Assembly (NCBI GenBank): GCA_964623875.1
Contig: CAZUVW010000002.1
Coordinates: 1-51,000, forward strand
DNA length: 51,000 nucleotides
DNA from: an uncultured Gaiellales bacterium
GTDB taxonomy: Bacteria; Actinomycetota; Thermoleophilia; Gaiellales; Gaiellaceae
Reading direction: 5' to 3'
Shown here: one piece after another, positions 27,075-36,478 of the stretch
Layout of the letters: each line of letters begins with the position of its first letter
How positions within the stretch are numbered: position 1 is the first letter of the stretch
Position numbers and translations under genes: made by a program
Notes under the pieces: model-generated
The model's input: the letters and a program-made list of their open reading frames with translations, nothing else
What the model was told of the DNA's origin: nothing
Database searches by the model: none

Positions 27075-28183
27075 GCGCCACCCTGGAGCCGGTCACCGCC
27101 GGCGCGGTCGACGCCGTGCTGGAGAAGGCCCTCGGCGGCGAGCGGATCGCCGACGAGGACGCGCTCACGCTGCTGCGCTCGCGCGACCTGCTCGCCGTCG
27201 GACGGGTGGCGAACGAGATCCGCAACCGCAAGACGGACCCGACGAAGGTCACGTTCATCGTCGATCGGAACATCAACTACACGAACGTGTGCGTCACCGA
27301 CTGCGACTTCTGCGCCTTCTACCGCGTCCCCGGCGACACCCGCGAGGCGTACCTGCTCCCGAAGCCGGTCATCTTCCGCAAGATCGAGGAGACGCTCGCG
27401 ATCGGCGGCACGGGGGTGCTGATGCAGGGCGGCCACCACCCGGATCTCGCGATCGACTTCTACGAGGATCTGTTCCGCTCGATCAAGAGCCGCTACCGCA
27501 TCCACCTGCACTGCCTTTCGCCTCCCGAGGTCCAGCACATCGCGCGCAGGTCGAAGCTCACCATCCCCGAGACGCTGAGCCGCTTGCGCGACGCGGGCCT
27601 GGACTCGCTCCCGGGGGGTGGGGCCGAGATCCTCGTCGACCGGGTGCGCGACGTCATCGCGCCGAAGAAGACGACCTCCGACGAGTGGCTCGGCGTGATG
27701 CGCGCCGCTCACCGGCTCGGGATGTCGACGACCGCGACGATGATGTACGGGCACGTCGAGACGCTCGCCGAGCGGGTCGAGCACATGCGGCGCATCCGCG
27801 AGCTGCAGGACGAGACCGGCGGCTTCCGGGCCTTCATCTCCTGGACGTTCCAGCGGGACGGGAACCGGCTCGACGACGTCGTGCGCGACGAGGACATGCC
27901 GACCTCGTTCGACTACCTGCTCACGCAGGCGGTCTCGCGCATCTACCTCGACAACGTGCCGCACATCCAGTCCTCGTGGGTGACCCAGGGGCTCAAGATC
28001 GGGCAGGTCGCGCTCGGCTTCGGGGCCGACGACATGGGCTCGGTGATGCTCGAGGAGAACGTCGTGTCGGCCGCCGGCACGACGCACCGGACGTCCACCG
28101 ACGAGCTCGTGCACCTCATCCGGGCGCTCGGCAAGACTCCGGTGCAGCGCGACACGCTGTACCGCGAGGTCAAGGTCTTCTGA
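27071..28183 (+). CDS. mqnC: Cyclic dehypoxanthinyl futalosine synthase (radical SAM)
   Basis: DRNINYTNVCVTDCDFCAF, QGGHHP, QSSWVTQG, GS.MLEENVV.AAG. Confidence 0.94.
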   Translation: MSATLEPVTAGAVDAVLEKALGGERIADEDALTLLRSRDLLAVGRVANEIRNRKTDPTKVTFIVDRNINYTNVCVTDCDFCAFYRVPGDTREAYLLPKPVIFRKIEETLAIGGTGVLMQGGHHPDLAIDFYEDLFRSIKSRYRIHLHCLSPPEVQHIARRSKLTIPETLSRLRDAGLDSLPGGGAEILVDRVRDVIAPKKTTSDEWLGVMRAAHRLGMSTTATMMYGHVETLAERVEHMRRIRELQDETGGFRAFISWTFQRDGNRLDDVVRDEDMPTSFDYLLTQAVSRIYLDNVPHIQSSWVTQGLKIGQVALGFGADDMGSVMLEENVVSAAGTTHRTSTDELVHLIRALGKTPVQRDTLYREVKVF

Positions 28184-28244
28184 GAGGCGCCCGTCGCCTG
28201 CGGGCGACCGCTCCGTCGCTCCGTGGCGAGCCGCGGGGTGGGCC

Positions 28245-28462
28245 CCGGTGTCAGACACCGGCTGCTGTCAAGGTGGCCATCTCCGCCGTAGCCGGGTCGC
28301 GCGCTGTCGGTGAACGGCGACCGCCTTCGGCGACCTCGCCTCCGTGCCTGACGGCGGCATCACCACCGTGATCCCCAGCTGTCAGGGGGGCTGCAGCCTG
28401 TGGAGCGATCGGCACGAACTTGGCACGATCTCCCCTTGACAGGATCGGGTGTCTGACACCGG
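28245..28462. mobile_element. Putative REPIN/MITE-like non-autonomous element (218 bp) with 29-bp terminal inverted repeats
   Basis: CCGGTGTCAGACACCGGCTGCTGTCAAGG (28245-28273) is inverted to CCTTGACAGGATCGGGTGTCTGACACCGG (28434-28462). A second copy lies at 1-50. Confidence 0.65.
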
Positions 28463-28523
28463 TTGCGCACGCAACGGTTGCGCACGCAGTGTCAGCGGGC
28501 TGTCGGCGGCTGCGTGGCGCGGC

Positions 28524-29159
28524 CTACGGCTGCACGACGGCGGCGTAGCGTCGCTCGAGCTCGGCCGTGCTGCTCGCGCCGATCCCGATGTCCCGGAGGA
28601 TCCCGTCGCGGAGGTCGTAGACGACGCCGTGCACCGTCACGGCCTGCCCTCTCGCCCAGGCGTCCTCGACGATCGTCGTCTGGCACACGTTGACGACCTG
28701 CTCGACGACGTTCAGCTCGCAGAGCTGGGCCAGACGGTCGGCGGGGTCGAGCGCATCCAGTCGCGCTCTGTGCTTCTCGACGACGTCCTCCACGTGTCGT
28801 AGCCAGTTGTCGACGAGCCCATGGCGCTCGCGCCGGAGCGCGGCTCCGACGCCGCCGCAGCCGTAGTGGCCGCAGACGATCACGTGCCGGACGCCGAGGA
28901 CGTCGACCGCGTACTGCAGCGTCGAGAGGCAGTTGAGATCGGAGTGGACGACGACGTTCGCCACGTTCCGGTGGACGAAGACGTCGCCGGGCGGGAGGCC
29001 GATGATCTGGTTCGCCGGCACGCGGCTGTCGGAGCAGCCGATCCAGAGGTACTCGGGCGTCTGACGTGCCTCGAGCGCTCGGAAGAACTCGGGATCCTCT
29101 GCGAGGATCCCGGCCGCCCAGGCGCGGTTGTTGGCGAACAGGTCGGCGAGGTCGTCCAC
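28524..29159 (-). CDS. can: Beta-class carbonic anhydrase
   Basis: WIGCSDSRVPA, FVHRNVAN, CGHYGCGG, ELNV.EQ. Confidence 0.96.
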   Translation of the reverse strand: MDDLADLFANNRAWAAGILAEDPEFFRALEARQTPEYLWIGCSDSRVPANQIIGLPPGDVFVHRNVANVVVHSDLNCLSTLQYAVDVLGVRHVIVCGHYGCGGVGAALRRERHGLVDNWLRHVEDVVEKHRARLDALDPADRLAQLCELNVVEQVVNVCQTTIVEDAWARGQAVTVHGVVYDLRDGILRDIGIGASSTAELERRYAAVVQP

Positions 29160-29240
29160 GGCGAGAGGCTAGTCGGTCCGTACGGAAACGATGAAGATCT
29201 CCGTCCGCCGGACGAGCCGCGGCTACCCTCGGCCGGGCCG

Positions 29241-31010
29241 GTGGGACGCCTCAGACCCCTCGCCCTGCTCGCTGCGCTCGTCGTCTCGCTCGCCGCCGTC
29301 GGGAGCGCGGAGGCGGCGCAGGTCTCCCTCTGGCCTGGCGTGACGTTCGAGCGCGGCGTCCAGTTCACCCCGAACGGCCCGGTCGCGATCTCGATCCTCC
29401 GCGGTCCTCGCCCCGGGGGGACGACCACGCTCGTCCCCGTCCTCTCCAACGAGTCGCTGCTCGGCCGCGAGACGCTCACGGCGATGCAGCGCCGCCTGGC
29501 AGGCACCGCGACCACGGCAGGGGTGAACGGCGACTACTTCAGCCTCGCGACCGGGCGGCCGAGCGGCGTGCTCATGCGCGAAGGGCAGCTCGTGTCGCCA
29601 CCGCGCACCGCTCGCTCGAGCGCGGGCATCACGAGCGACGGCCGGCTCGACGTGCGCCGCGTCGGCTTCTTCGGCAGCTGGACCGGGGCGGGCCCTCGTC
29701 GGCCGCTGGCGACGATCAACGACGTCCCCGGCGACGGCCAGTCGGCGGTCTTCACCGACGCCTACGGTGCGCTCACGCCGTCCGTCCCCGGGGCCGTCGT
29801 CGCCCTGCTCTTCCCCTTCCCGGCGACGCAGCCGAGCACCGATCTCGTCGCCCCCGTCGTCGAGGTCCGCCAGAGCGGGGCTCCCGTCGAGATCCCGCGG
29901 GGCGGGGCGGTGCTGATCGCCCGCGGCCTGCAGGCGGCGGCGCTCGTGGCCGAGGCGATCCCGGGAACGCCGGTCACGGTTCGCCTGCAGCTGAGGCCGG
30001 ACTGGCCGGGCGTGGTCGAGGCGATCGGTGGCGGCCCTCAGATCGTGCGCGACGGCGTTCCCGTCTTCCGGGCAGGCGAGGAGTTCACGTCGGCGCAGCT
30101 CACGCCGCGTGCGCCCCGCACGGCGGTGGGGCAGACCGCCGACGGCCGCGTCCTGCTCGTCGCAGTGGACGGACGGCAGCCGGGGCTCTCGGTGGGGCTC
30201 ACGACGTTCGAGCTGGCCCAGGCGCTGGTCCGCCTCGGCGCCGTCACGGGCATGGCGCTTGACGGCGGCGGGTCGACGACGATGGCCTTCGACGGACGTC
30301 TGCTGAACAGCCCGTCCGACGGACGCGAGCGACCCATCTCCACGGCGCTCGTTCTCGCGTACACCGGAGCGTTCGTCCCCGAGGTGCCGGCACGCGTCTC
30401 GCCCAACGGGGACGGGGTCGCCGACGACCCCGGGCTCGCAGTGCGGGTCGTGCGCCCGTCGACCGTCACCCTGCGCCTCGTCGGCCCAGGGGGCCTGGTC
30501 GCCTCGGAGGTGACGGAGGAGCGGCAGCCGGGGGTGACCGCCGTGCCCTTCCCGTCCCCCTCGGCCCCGGTCGCGGCGTCCGCCGGTCGCACGGCGACGA
30601 GCCTGGCGATCGGCACCTGGCGGCTCGAGGTGGCGGCGACCGACGACCTCGGCCGCGTCACGTCCATGCGCAGGTCGTTCGTCGTGGACGACACGCTCGG
30701 CTTCGTGCGCGCGCCGCGCACCCACGTCGTGCGCCCGACCGGAACGCCGCTCGTCGTCCGCTTCAGGCTGGCACGCCAGGCGCGCGTCTCGCTCACGGCG
30801 CTCGACGCCGGCGGTCGGGTCGTCCGCAAGCTCACGGCGACGAGGCTCGCAGCCGGGGAGCAGAGCCTCAGCTGGGACGGCCGAGGCATCGCCGGCAGCG
30901 CGCTCCCGGGTGGTCGCTACACGGTCAGGGTCACCGCGATCGGTCCGGTCGGCAGATCGGAGCTCGACGCGGCGGTGGTTCTCCGCGTCCCGGCCGGGAC
31001 GGGGAAGTAG
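29241..31010 (+). CDS. Secreted phosphodiester glycosidase (NAGPA/DUF2233) with FlgD-like Ig domains
   Basis: Signal peptide, GVNGDYF, GGGPQ, PRTAVG, VDGRQ, ALDGGGSTT, SPNGDG, WDG. Confidence 0.85.
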   Translation: MGRLRPLALLAALVVSLAAVGSAEAAQVSLWPGVTFERGVQFTPNGPVAISILRGPRPGGTTTLVPVLSNESLLGRETLTAMQRRLAGTATTAGVNGDYFSLATGRPSGVLMREGQLVSPPRTARSSAGITSDGRLDVRRVGFFGSWTGAGPRRPLATINDVPGDGQSAVFTDAYGALTPSVPGAVVALLFPFPATQPSTDLVAPVVEVRQSGAPVEIPRGGAVLIARGLQAAALVAEAIPGTPVTVRLQLRPDWPGVVEAIGGGPQIVRDGVPVFRAGEEFTSAQLTPRAPRTAVGQTADGRVLLVAVDGRQPGLSVGLTTFELAQALVRLGAVTGMALDGGGSTTMAFDGRLLNSPSDGRERPISTALVLAYTGAFVPEVPARVSPNGDGVADDPGLAVRVVRPSTVTLRLVGPGGLVASEVTEERQPGVTAVPFPSPSAPVAASAGRTATSLAIGTWRLEVAATDDLGRVTSMRRSFVVDDTLGFVRAPRTHVVRPTGTPLVVRFRLARQARVSLTALDAGGRVVRKLTATRLAAGEQSLSWDGRGIAGSALPGGRYTVRVTAIGPVGRSELDAAVVLRVPAGTGK

Positions 31011-31019
31011 CATTCGCGG

Positions 31020-31724
31020 ATGCCGCTGACCGACCTCCTCCACGCGGTCACGGACACCATCACCGGGTGGATCGGCGACTACGGCCTCTACGCGGTGTTC
31101 TGGCTGATGCTCGTGGACGCCGTGCTCCCGGCCGCGAGCGAGGTCGTGATGGTCTACGCGGGCGCGGTGGCGTCGGGGGCGATCGCCGGCCAGTCCGTGT
31201 CGCTGTTCGGCCACACCTTCGACAGCGGTCTCCCCGCCTACCTGGCCATGGCCCTCGCCGGCACCGTGGGCTACCTGCTCGGCGCGATCCTCGGCTGGTG
31301 GATCGGGATCCGGGGAGGCAGGCCGTGGCTCGAGCACCACGGGCGCTGGCTCCATCTCGACACCGAGAAGCTCGACCGCGCCGAGCGCTGGTTCGAGCGC
31401 TGGGAGGACGAGGCCGTGCTCCTCGGCCGCGTGACACCCGTCGTCCGGTCGTTCATCTCGGTGCCGGCGGGGGTGTTCGAGGTCCCGATCCGCCGGTACA
31501 CGCTGCTGACCGCGATCGGCTCGGCGGTGTGGTGCTTCGCGTTCGCCGGGATCGGCTGGGCGGCGGGCGCGAGCTGGGAGTCCTTCCACGACCGGTTCAA
31601 GGTGATCGACTACGCGATCGCCGGCGCCGTCGTCCTCGGCGTCTCCTACCTCGGCTGGCGGCTGTTCCGACGCGGTCGAAACGGCCCCGACATCGAGACC
31701 GAGACCGAGACCGAGGCGCCGTGA
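31020..31724 (+). CDS. dedA: DedA family membrane protein
   Basis: P..SEVVM..AG, G...GA...W..G..GGR, AERWF.R, GR..PVVRSFISVPAG. Confidence 0.92.
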   Translation: MPLTDLLHAVTDTITGWIGDYGLYAVFWLMLVDAVLPAASEVVMVYAGAVASGAIAGQSVSLFGHTFDSGLPAYLAMALAGTVGYLLGAILGWWIGIRGGRPWLEHHGRWLHLDTEKLDRAERWFERWEDEAVLLGRVTPVVRSFISVPAGVFEVPIRRYTLLTAIGSAVWCFAFAGIGWAAGASWESFHDRFKVIDYAIAGAVVLGVSYLGWRLFRRGRNGPDIETETETEAP

Positions 31725-32581
31725 TCCGCCTCGCGCTCGCCGCGCTCGTCGCGGCGCTCGTCGTCGCGCAGCCTGCGACCCCCTACAGCGCCGCCGGCAC
31801 GCCGTGGCCCGTGACGCGCATCACGGTGTGGAACGAGACGCCCTACCGAGCGCCGCTCGCCCAGGCGATGGCCGCCTGGAACGGGGTCGGGACGCGGGTG
31901 ACGCTCGTGCCCGCTCCCCAGCGCTCCGCCGCCCGGGTCGTCGTCACGCTGCTGCCGCCTGGCGCGGCGGGCGACGACGTCGCGCAGGCGACCCTCGGCT
32001 GGACCCCGACCGCGCAGGGGAAGGTCGAGGTGCGGCCCGGGCTGGGAGCGAGGGTCGCGGCCGCGGTGCTGGCGCACGAGCTCGGGCACGTGCTCGGGCT
32101 CGGTCACGAGGAGCGCGGCTGCTCGGTGATGGCCGGCACGGTCGCCGTCGAGCGCTCACGTGCCGGCTGCCGGATCGCGCAGTGCCCGAAGGTCGAGGCG
32201 TGCCTCGTGACGCGCGACGATGCGGAGGGGCTGCGCGACCTGTACGAGCGGCGGCTCCCGGCGCTGCGCCCACGGTCCGTCGAGGCCGCGTCGGTGCGGG
32301 TCGTCCGGTCGGCGGGATCCTTCCTGGAGCTCGCCTGGACGTCGCCGCTCGCCGGTCCCGGCGCTGCGGTGCTCGTGCGAGCAGAGCGCGGCCGCTGCCC
32401 GGCGACGCCCTACCGCACACCGTTGGCGCGCACAGGCTCCCTTCCGCTCGAGCGGGGAGCCAGACAGTCCGCCGCGCTTCCCCTGCCCGGGCCCGGCGCA
32501 TGGTGCGCCGGGCTCTGGGTGCAGGAGTCGAGCTCGCTCCTCACGGGCCCGCCGGTGTACGTGCGCGTCGCCGTTCCGTAG
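31721..32581 (+). CDS. Secreted metzincin (matrixin-like) metalloprotease
   Basis: Signal peptide, A..AWN, HELGHVLGLGH, Met-turn CSVM. Confidence 0.85.
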   Translation: MIRLALAALVAALVVAQPATPYSAAGTPWPVTRITVWNETPYRAPLAQAMAAWNGVGTRVTLVPAPQRSAARVVVTLLPPGAAGDDVAQATLGWTPTAQGKVEVRPGLGARVAAAVLAHELGHVLGLGHEERGCSVMAGTVAVERSRAGCRIAQCPKVEACLVTRDDAEGLRDLYERRLPALRPRSVEAASVRVVRSAGSFLELAWTSPLAGPGAAVLVRAERGRCPATPYRTPLARTGSLPLERGARQSAALPLPGPGAWCAGLWVQESSSLLTGPPVYVRVAVP

Positions 32582-32674
32582 CGGCACAGCGCGCTCGGCG
32601 ACCGCGACCACGCGGGGGTGCGCCCGCCGCCGGCCGTCCGGACCGACAACGGCCCCCGGTACACTCGTGCGGAC

Positions 32675-33760
32675 GTGATCCCGCTCGTCGACGTGAAGGC
32701 GCAGTACGCGCCTCTCATCCCGGAGCTCGAGGCCCGCTTCGCCGAGGTGCTCGACTCCGGCCGGTTCATCTTCGGCCCGGAGGTCGAGGCGTTCGAGCGC
32801 GAGGCCGCCGCGTTCCTCGGCGTTCCGCATGCGATCGGCGTCGCGAACGGCACCGACGCGCTCGTGCTCTCGCTCGAGGCGCTCGGCGTCGGCGCGGGCG
32901 ACGAGGTGATCTGCCCGGCCTTCACGTTCTACGCGACGGCCGAGTCCATCGCTCGCGTCGGTGCCACGCCGGTGTTCGCGGACATCGATCCGGCCACGAT
33001 GAACCTCGACCCGCAGGACGTGGCAGGGCGGCTGACCGCCCGCACGAAGGCGATCATGCCGGTGCACCTGTTCGGGCGCCCCGCCGCGCTCGCGGAGCTC
33101 GCGTCGCTCGGGCTGCCGCTGATCGAGGACGCCGCGCAGGCCTTCGGCGCCGAGGGAGTCGCCACGACGGGCGTGTGCTCGACCTTCTCGTTCTTCCCGA
33201 CGAAGAACCTCTTCGCGCTCGGCGACGGGGGGCTCGTCGCGGCGACGGACGACACGGTCGCCGAGACCGTGCGCATGCTGCGGTTCCACGGCTCTCGGGA
33301 CAAGCAGACCTTCGAGCTCGTCGGCACGAACTCCCGCCTCGACGCGATCCACGCCGCCGCCCTGCGCGTCTTCCTCCCCCACCTCGCCGGCTGGAACGCC
33401 TCGCGCCGTGCCGGTGCCGCCCGCTACGCGGAGCTCGGGCTCGGCGACCTCGTGGAGCTCCCGCCGGACGAGCCGGGCCACGTCTACCACATGTACGTCG
33501 TCCGCTCGCCGGAGCGCGATCGGATCGCCTCGGCGCTGCGGGAGGCGGGCATCGCCAGCGCGGCGTACTACGTCACGCCGTTGCACCTCCAGCCTGCGAT
33601 GCGACGCTTCGGCTGGGAGCCCGGCTCGCTGCCCGAGACCGAGCGGGCGGCCGCCGAGAACCTCGCGCTCCCGCTGTGGGGTGGCATCACCGCCGACGTG
33701 CAGGAGCGCGTGGTCGACGCGATCCGCTCGGCGGTGGGCGAGCACGCGGCCGCCCTGTAG
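32675..33760 (+). CDS. DegT/DnrJ/EryC1/StrS sugar aminotransferase
   Basis: ANGTDAL, PVHLFG, EDAAQAFG, FSFFPTKNL..GDGG, NSRLD. Confidence 0.94.
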   Translation: MIPLVDVKAQYAPLIPELEARFAEVLDSGRFIFGPEVEAFEREAAAFLGVPHAIGVANGTDALVLSLEALGVGAGDEVICPAFTFYATAESIARVGATPVFADIDPATMNLDPQDVAGRLTARTKAIMPVHLFGRPAALAELASLGLPLIEDAAQAFGAEGVATTGVCSTFSFFPTKNLFALGDGGLVAATDDTVAETVRMLRFHGSRDKQTFELVGTNSRLDAIHAAALRVFLPHLAGWNASRRAGAARYAELGLGDLVELPPDEPGHVYHMYVVRSPERDRIASALREAGIASAAYYVTPLHLQPAMRRFGWEPGSLPETERAAAENLALPLWGGITADVQERVVDAIRSAVGEHAAAL

Positions 33761-33768
33761 GGGGCGGG

Positions 33769-35664
33769 ATGCGGGCGCCGATCAGCCGCCACCGCCTCTG
33801 GCAGGTCGCCGTCGACGCGACGCTCGTCGCGCTCGCCTGGTGGCTCGCCTGGCGGCTGCGCTTCGACGGCACCGACGTGCCGCGTCCGCGCTTCTACGAC
33901 CGGTATCTGGAGTGGGACATCGTGCTGCTCGTCGTCGCGATCAAGATCCCCGTCTTCGTGCTCGCGGGGTTCTACGACCGCTGGTGGCGCTACGTCTCGA
34001 CGCGCGACATGTGGAGCATCCTGCGCGGAGTCGCGCTCGCCTCGCTCGCGGCGTTCGTCGTGTTCGTGCTGTTCGAGGTGCACCGGGTCCGGGTTCCGAG
34101 CGGGGTCTGGTTCATCGACCTCCTCCTCTGCCTCGCGTTCGTCGCGGGTGCGCGACTGCTGGCGCGCACGCTGATCGAGCGCCCCCGCCCGGGCAACGTC
34201 GTCGCCCGCGGCAAGGAGGTCGTGGTCGTCGGCGCGGGTGACGCCGGGCAGCTGGTCGTGAAGGAGCTGCTCCGCAACCCCGCGCTGGGGATGACCCCGA
34301 TCGGGCTCGTCGACGACGACCCCCGCAAGAAGAACCTCCGCCTGCACGGCGTGCGGGTGCTGGGCACGATCGACGACCTCGGGGCGATCGTCCACGAGCA
34401 GCGGCCGGACGAGATCCTGATCGCGATCCCCTCCACCTCGGGTGCGACCCGGCAGCGTGTCGTCGACGCCGCCGCGCGCGAGGGCGTCCCGGTCAAGACT
34501 CTGCCGAGCCTCCAGGAGCTCGTCACCGGCGACTACGACCTCGCCCGACGCGTCCGCCCCGTGGAGGTCGAGGACGTGCTCGGCCGCGAGCCGGTCGAGG
34601 TCGACCTCGAGGCGATCGCCGGGTACCTCGGCGGTGAGGTCGTGCTGGTCACGGGAGCCGGCGGGTCGATCGGCTCCGAGCTCTGCCGCCAGGTCGCCCG
34701 GCTCGGGCCGTCCAGGCTCGTGCTCGTCGATCACGCGGAGCCCGCGCTGTTCGAGATCGAGCGCGAGCTCGTGCGCGAGCGCAGGCATTCCGGTGTCGTC
34801 GCCGTCGTCGCCGACGTCAAGGACGCGACGAAGGTGCGGCAGGTGCTGGCCGAGCACCGCCCGGCGGTCGTCTTCCACGCGGCCGCGTACAAGCACGTCG
34901 CGATGATGGAGGCGAACCCGGTCGAGGCGGTGCGCAACAACACCCTCGGCACGCGGACGCTGGTCCGCGCCGCCGTCGAGGCCCGCGTCGAGCGCTTCGT
35001 CCTCGTCTCCACCGACAAGGCGGCCAACCCGCAGACGGTGATGGGGCAGTCGAAGGCGCTGTGCGAGTGGATCGTCGAGATGGTCGGCCACCGAGACGAC
35101 GTCGAGACCCGATTCTCGGCCGTGCGGTTCGGCAACGTGCTCGGCTCGTCGGGCTCCGTGATCCCGATCTTCCGCAGCCAGATCGCGAAGGGGGGCCCGG
35201 TCACGGTCACCCACCCGGAGATGACCCGGTTCTTCATGACGATCCCCGAGGCCGTGCAGCTCGTCGTGCAAGCGGGCGCGATCGCGGAGCGGGGGCTCGT
35301 GTACGTGCTCGACATGGGCGAGCCGGTGCGGATCGTGGACCTCGCCGAGCAGATGATCCGCCTGTCCGGCAAGGAGCCCGGCGTGGACGTGCCGATCGAG
35401 TTCATCGGCCCCGCACCCGGCGAGAAGCTCCACGAGGAGCTCGTGGGCGAGGGCGAGACCGTCTCGCCGAGCCCGCACGCGGCGATCATGCGCCTCAGCC
35501 GCCCTCCCGTCGACGCGCGCTGGCTCGAGGCGGAGCTCGTCGAGCTCGAGCGGCTGGTCGAGTCGGGGGTCGCGGCGGACGTCGTCGCCGCGCTCGACCG
35601 CATCGTCGGGCGGCCACGGCGGCTGGCGGAGTCCCCGGTGTCGGCCGGCGAGTCGCTCCGCTGA
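33769..35664 (+). CDS. Membrane-bound UDP-sugar 4,6-dehydratase (CapD/PglF/WbpM family)
   Basis: 4 N-terminal TM helices, GAGDAG, TGAGGSIGSEL, HAAAYKHV, STDKA, RFGNVLGS.GSV. Confidence 0.94.
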   Translation: MRAPISRHRLWQVAVDATLVALAWWLAWRLRFDGTDVPRPRFYDRYLEWDIVLLVVAIKIPVFVLAGFYDRWWRYVSTRDMWSILRGVALASLAAFVVFVLFEVHRVRVPSGVWFIDLLLCLAFVAGARLLARTLIERPRPGNVVARGKEVVVVGAGDAGQLVVKELLRNPALGMTPIGLVDDDPRKKNLRLHGVRVLGTIDDLGAIVHEQRPDEILIAIPSTSGATRQRVVDAAAREGVPVKTLPSLQELVTGDYDLARRVRPVEVEDVLGREPVEVDLEAIAGYLGGEVVLVTGAGGSIGSELCRQVARLGPSRLVLVDHAEPALFEIERELVRERRHSGVVAVVADVKDATKVRQVLAEHRPAVVFHAAAYKHVAMMEANPVEAVRNNTLGTRTLVRAAVEARVERFVLVSTDKAANPQTVMGQSKALCEWIVEMVGHRDDVETRFSAVRFGNVLGSSGSVIPIFRSQIAKGGPVTVTHPEMTRFFMTIPEAVQLVVQAGAIAERGLVYVLDMGEPVRIVDLAEQMIRLSGKEPGVDVPIEFIGPAPGEKLHEELVGEGETVSPSPHAAIMRLSRPPVDARWLEAELVELERLVESGVAADVVAALDRIVGRPRRLAESPVSAGESLR

Positions 35665-36410
35665 CCGCGACCTTCGTCGTCGGCGACGTCCACGGCCACC
35701 GGGACGTCCTCGTCCGGCTCCTGCGCGACGCGGGGCTGCTGGACGGGTCGGAGCGCTGGACCGGGGCCGACGCGCGGCTGTGGCTGATGGGCGACCTGGT
35801 CGACCGCGGGCCGGACGGGATCGGCGCGGTGGAGCTGGTGATGGCGCTCGAGCAGCAGGCCGACGTCCGCTGCCTGCTCGGGAACCACGAGGTGCTGCTG
35901 CTCGCGGTCGACCGCTTCGCGGGGCGCCTCGTGGGGGGTGGCGATGCCACCTTCGGGGACGTCTGGCTGGCGAACGGCGGGCAGCTCGCAGATCTCCGGC
36001 GCCTGGACGACGAGCACCGGGCCTGGATCGCGCGCCGGCCTGCGGTCGCGCTCGACGGCGAGTGGCTCCTCCTCCACGCCGACACCGACCGGTACCTCGA
36101 GCTCGGCTCGTCGGTGGAGGGCGTCTGCGCCGCGGCCTCCGCCGCCGTGCGAGCGCACGACGCCCGCCGCCTCGAGCACCTGTTCGACGTGCTCTGCGAC
36201 CGGGGGCGCCTCGGTGCGCCGCCCGTGGTCGACCAGGTGCTCGGAGCCCTGGGCGGCGAGCGGATCGTGCACGGGCACACGCCGATCCCGTTCGTGCTCG
36301 ACTGCGACCCCGTCGTCGTGACGGAGCCGCTGTCCTATGCGGGTGGCAGGGTGCTCGACGTCGACCACTGCCTGTTCGCCGGCGGCCCCGGCTTCGTCGT
36401 CGAGCTGTGA
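35661..36410 (+). CDS. PPP-family metallophosphoesterase (probable CTG start)
   Basis: GDVHG, GDLVDRG, GNHE, HGHTP. The only plausible start before GDVHG is the CTG overlapping the upstream TGA. Confidence 0.85.
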   Translation: MTATFVVGDVHGHRDVLVRLLRDAGLLDGSERWTGADARLWLMGDLVDRGPDGIGAVELVMALEQQADVRCLLGNHEVLLLAVDRFAGRLVGGGDATFGDVWLANGGQLADLRRLDDEHRAWIARRPAVALDGEWLLLHADTDRYLELGSSVEGVCAAASAAVRAHDARRLEHLFDVLCDRGRLGAPPVVDQVLGALGGERIVHGHTPIPFVLDCDPVVVTEPLSYAGGRVLDVDHCLFAGGPGFVVEL

Positions 36411-36478
36411 CGAGCGGGCCGGGCGCCGGGGCCCGACCCGCCCGCCTGCGGCCCCAAGCGCCGAGGACGGAGCGACCG

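Noticed and set aside
28421-28440. Sigma54 promoter (TGGCACG)
   Set aside because: No TTGC at the -12 position. It lies inside the repeat element between convergent gene ends.
31694-31715. GAGACC microsatellite in dedA as a phase-variation switch
   Set aside because: The hexamer unit is in frame at the extreme C-terminus (ETETETE), so slippage would not shift the frame.
31804-35664. 1286-aa ORF and similar long extensions (e.g. 37636-39636, 21764-23737, 17867-20623)
   Set aside because: These are high-GC artefacts. The Arg/Ala/Pro-rich extensions overlap real genes in other frames, and true starts are supported by motifs, overlaps and -10 boxes.
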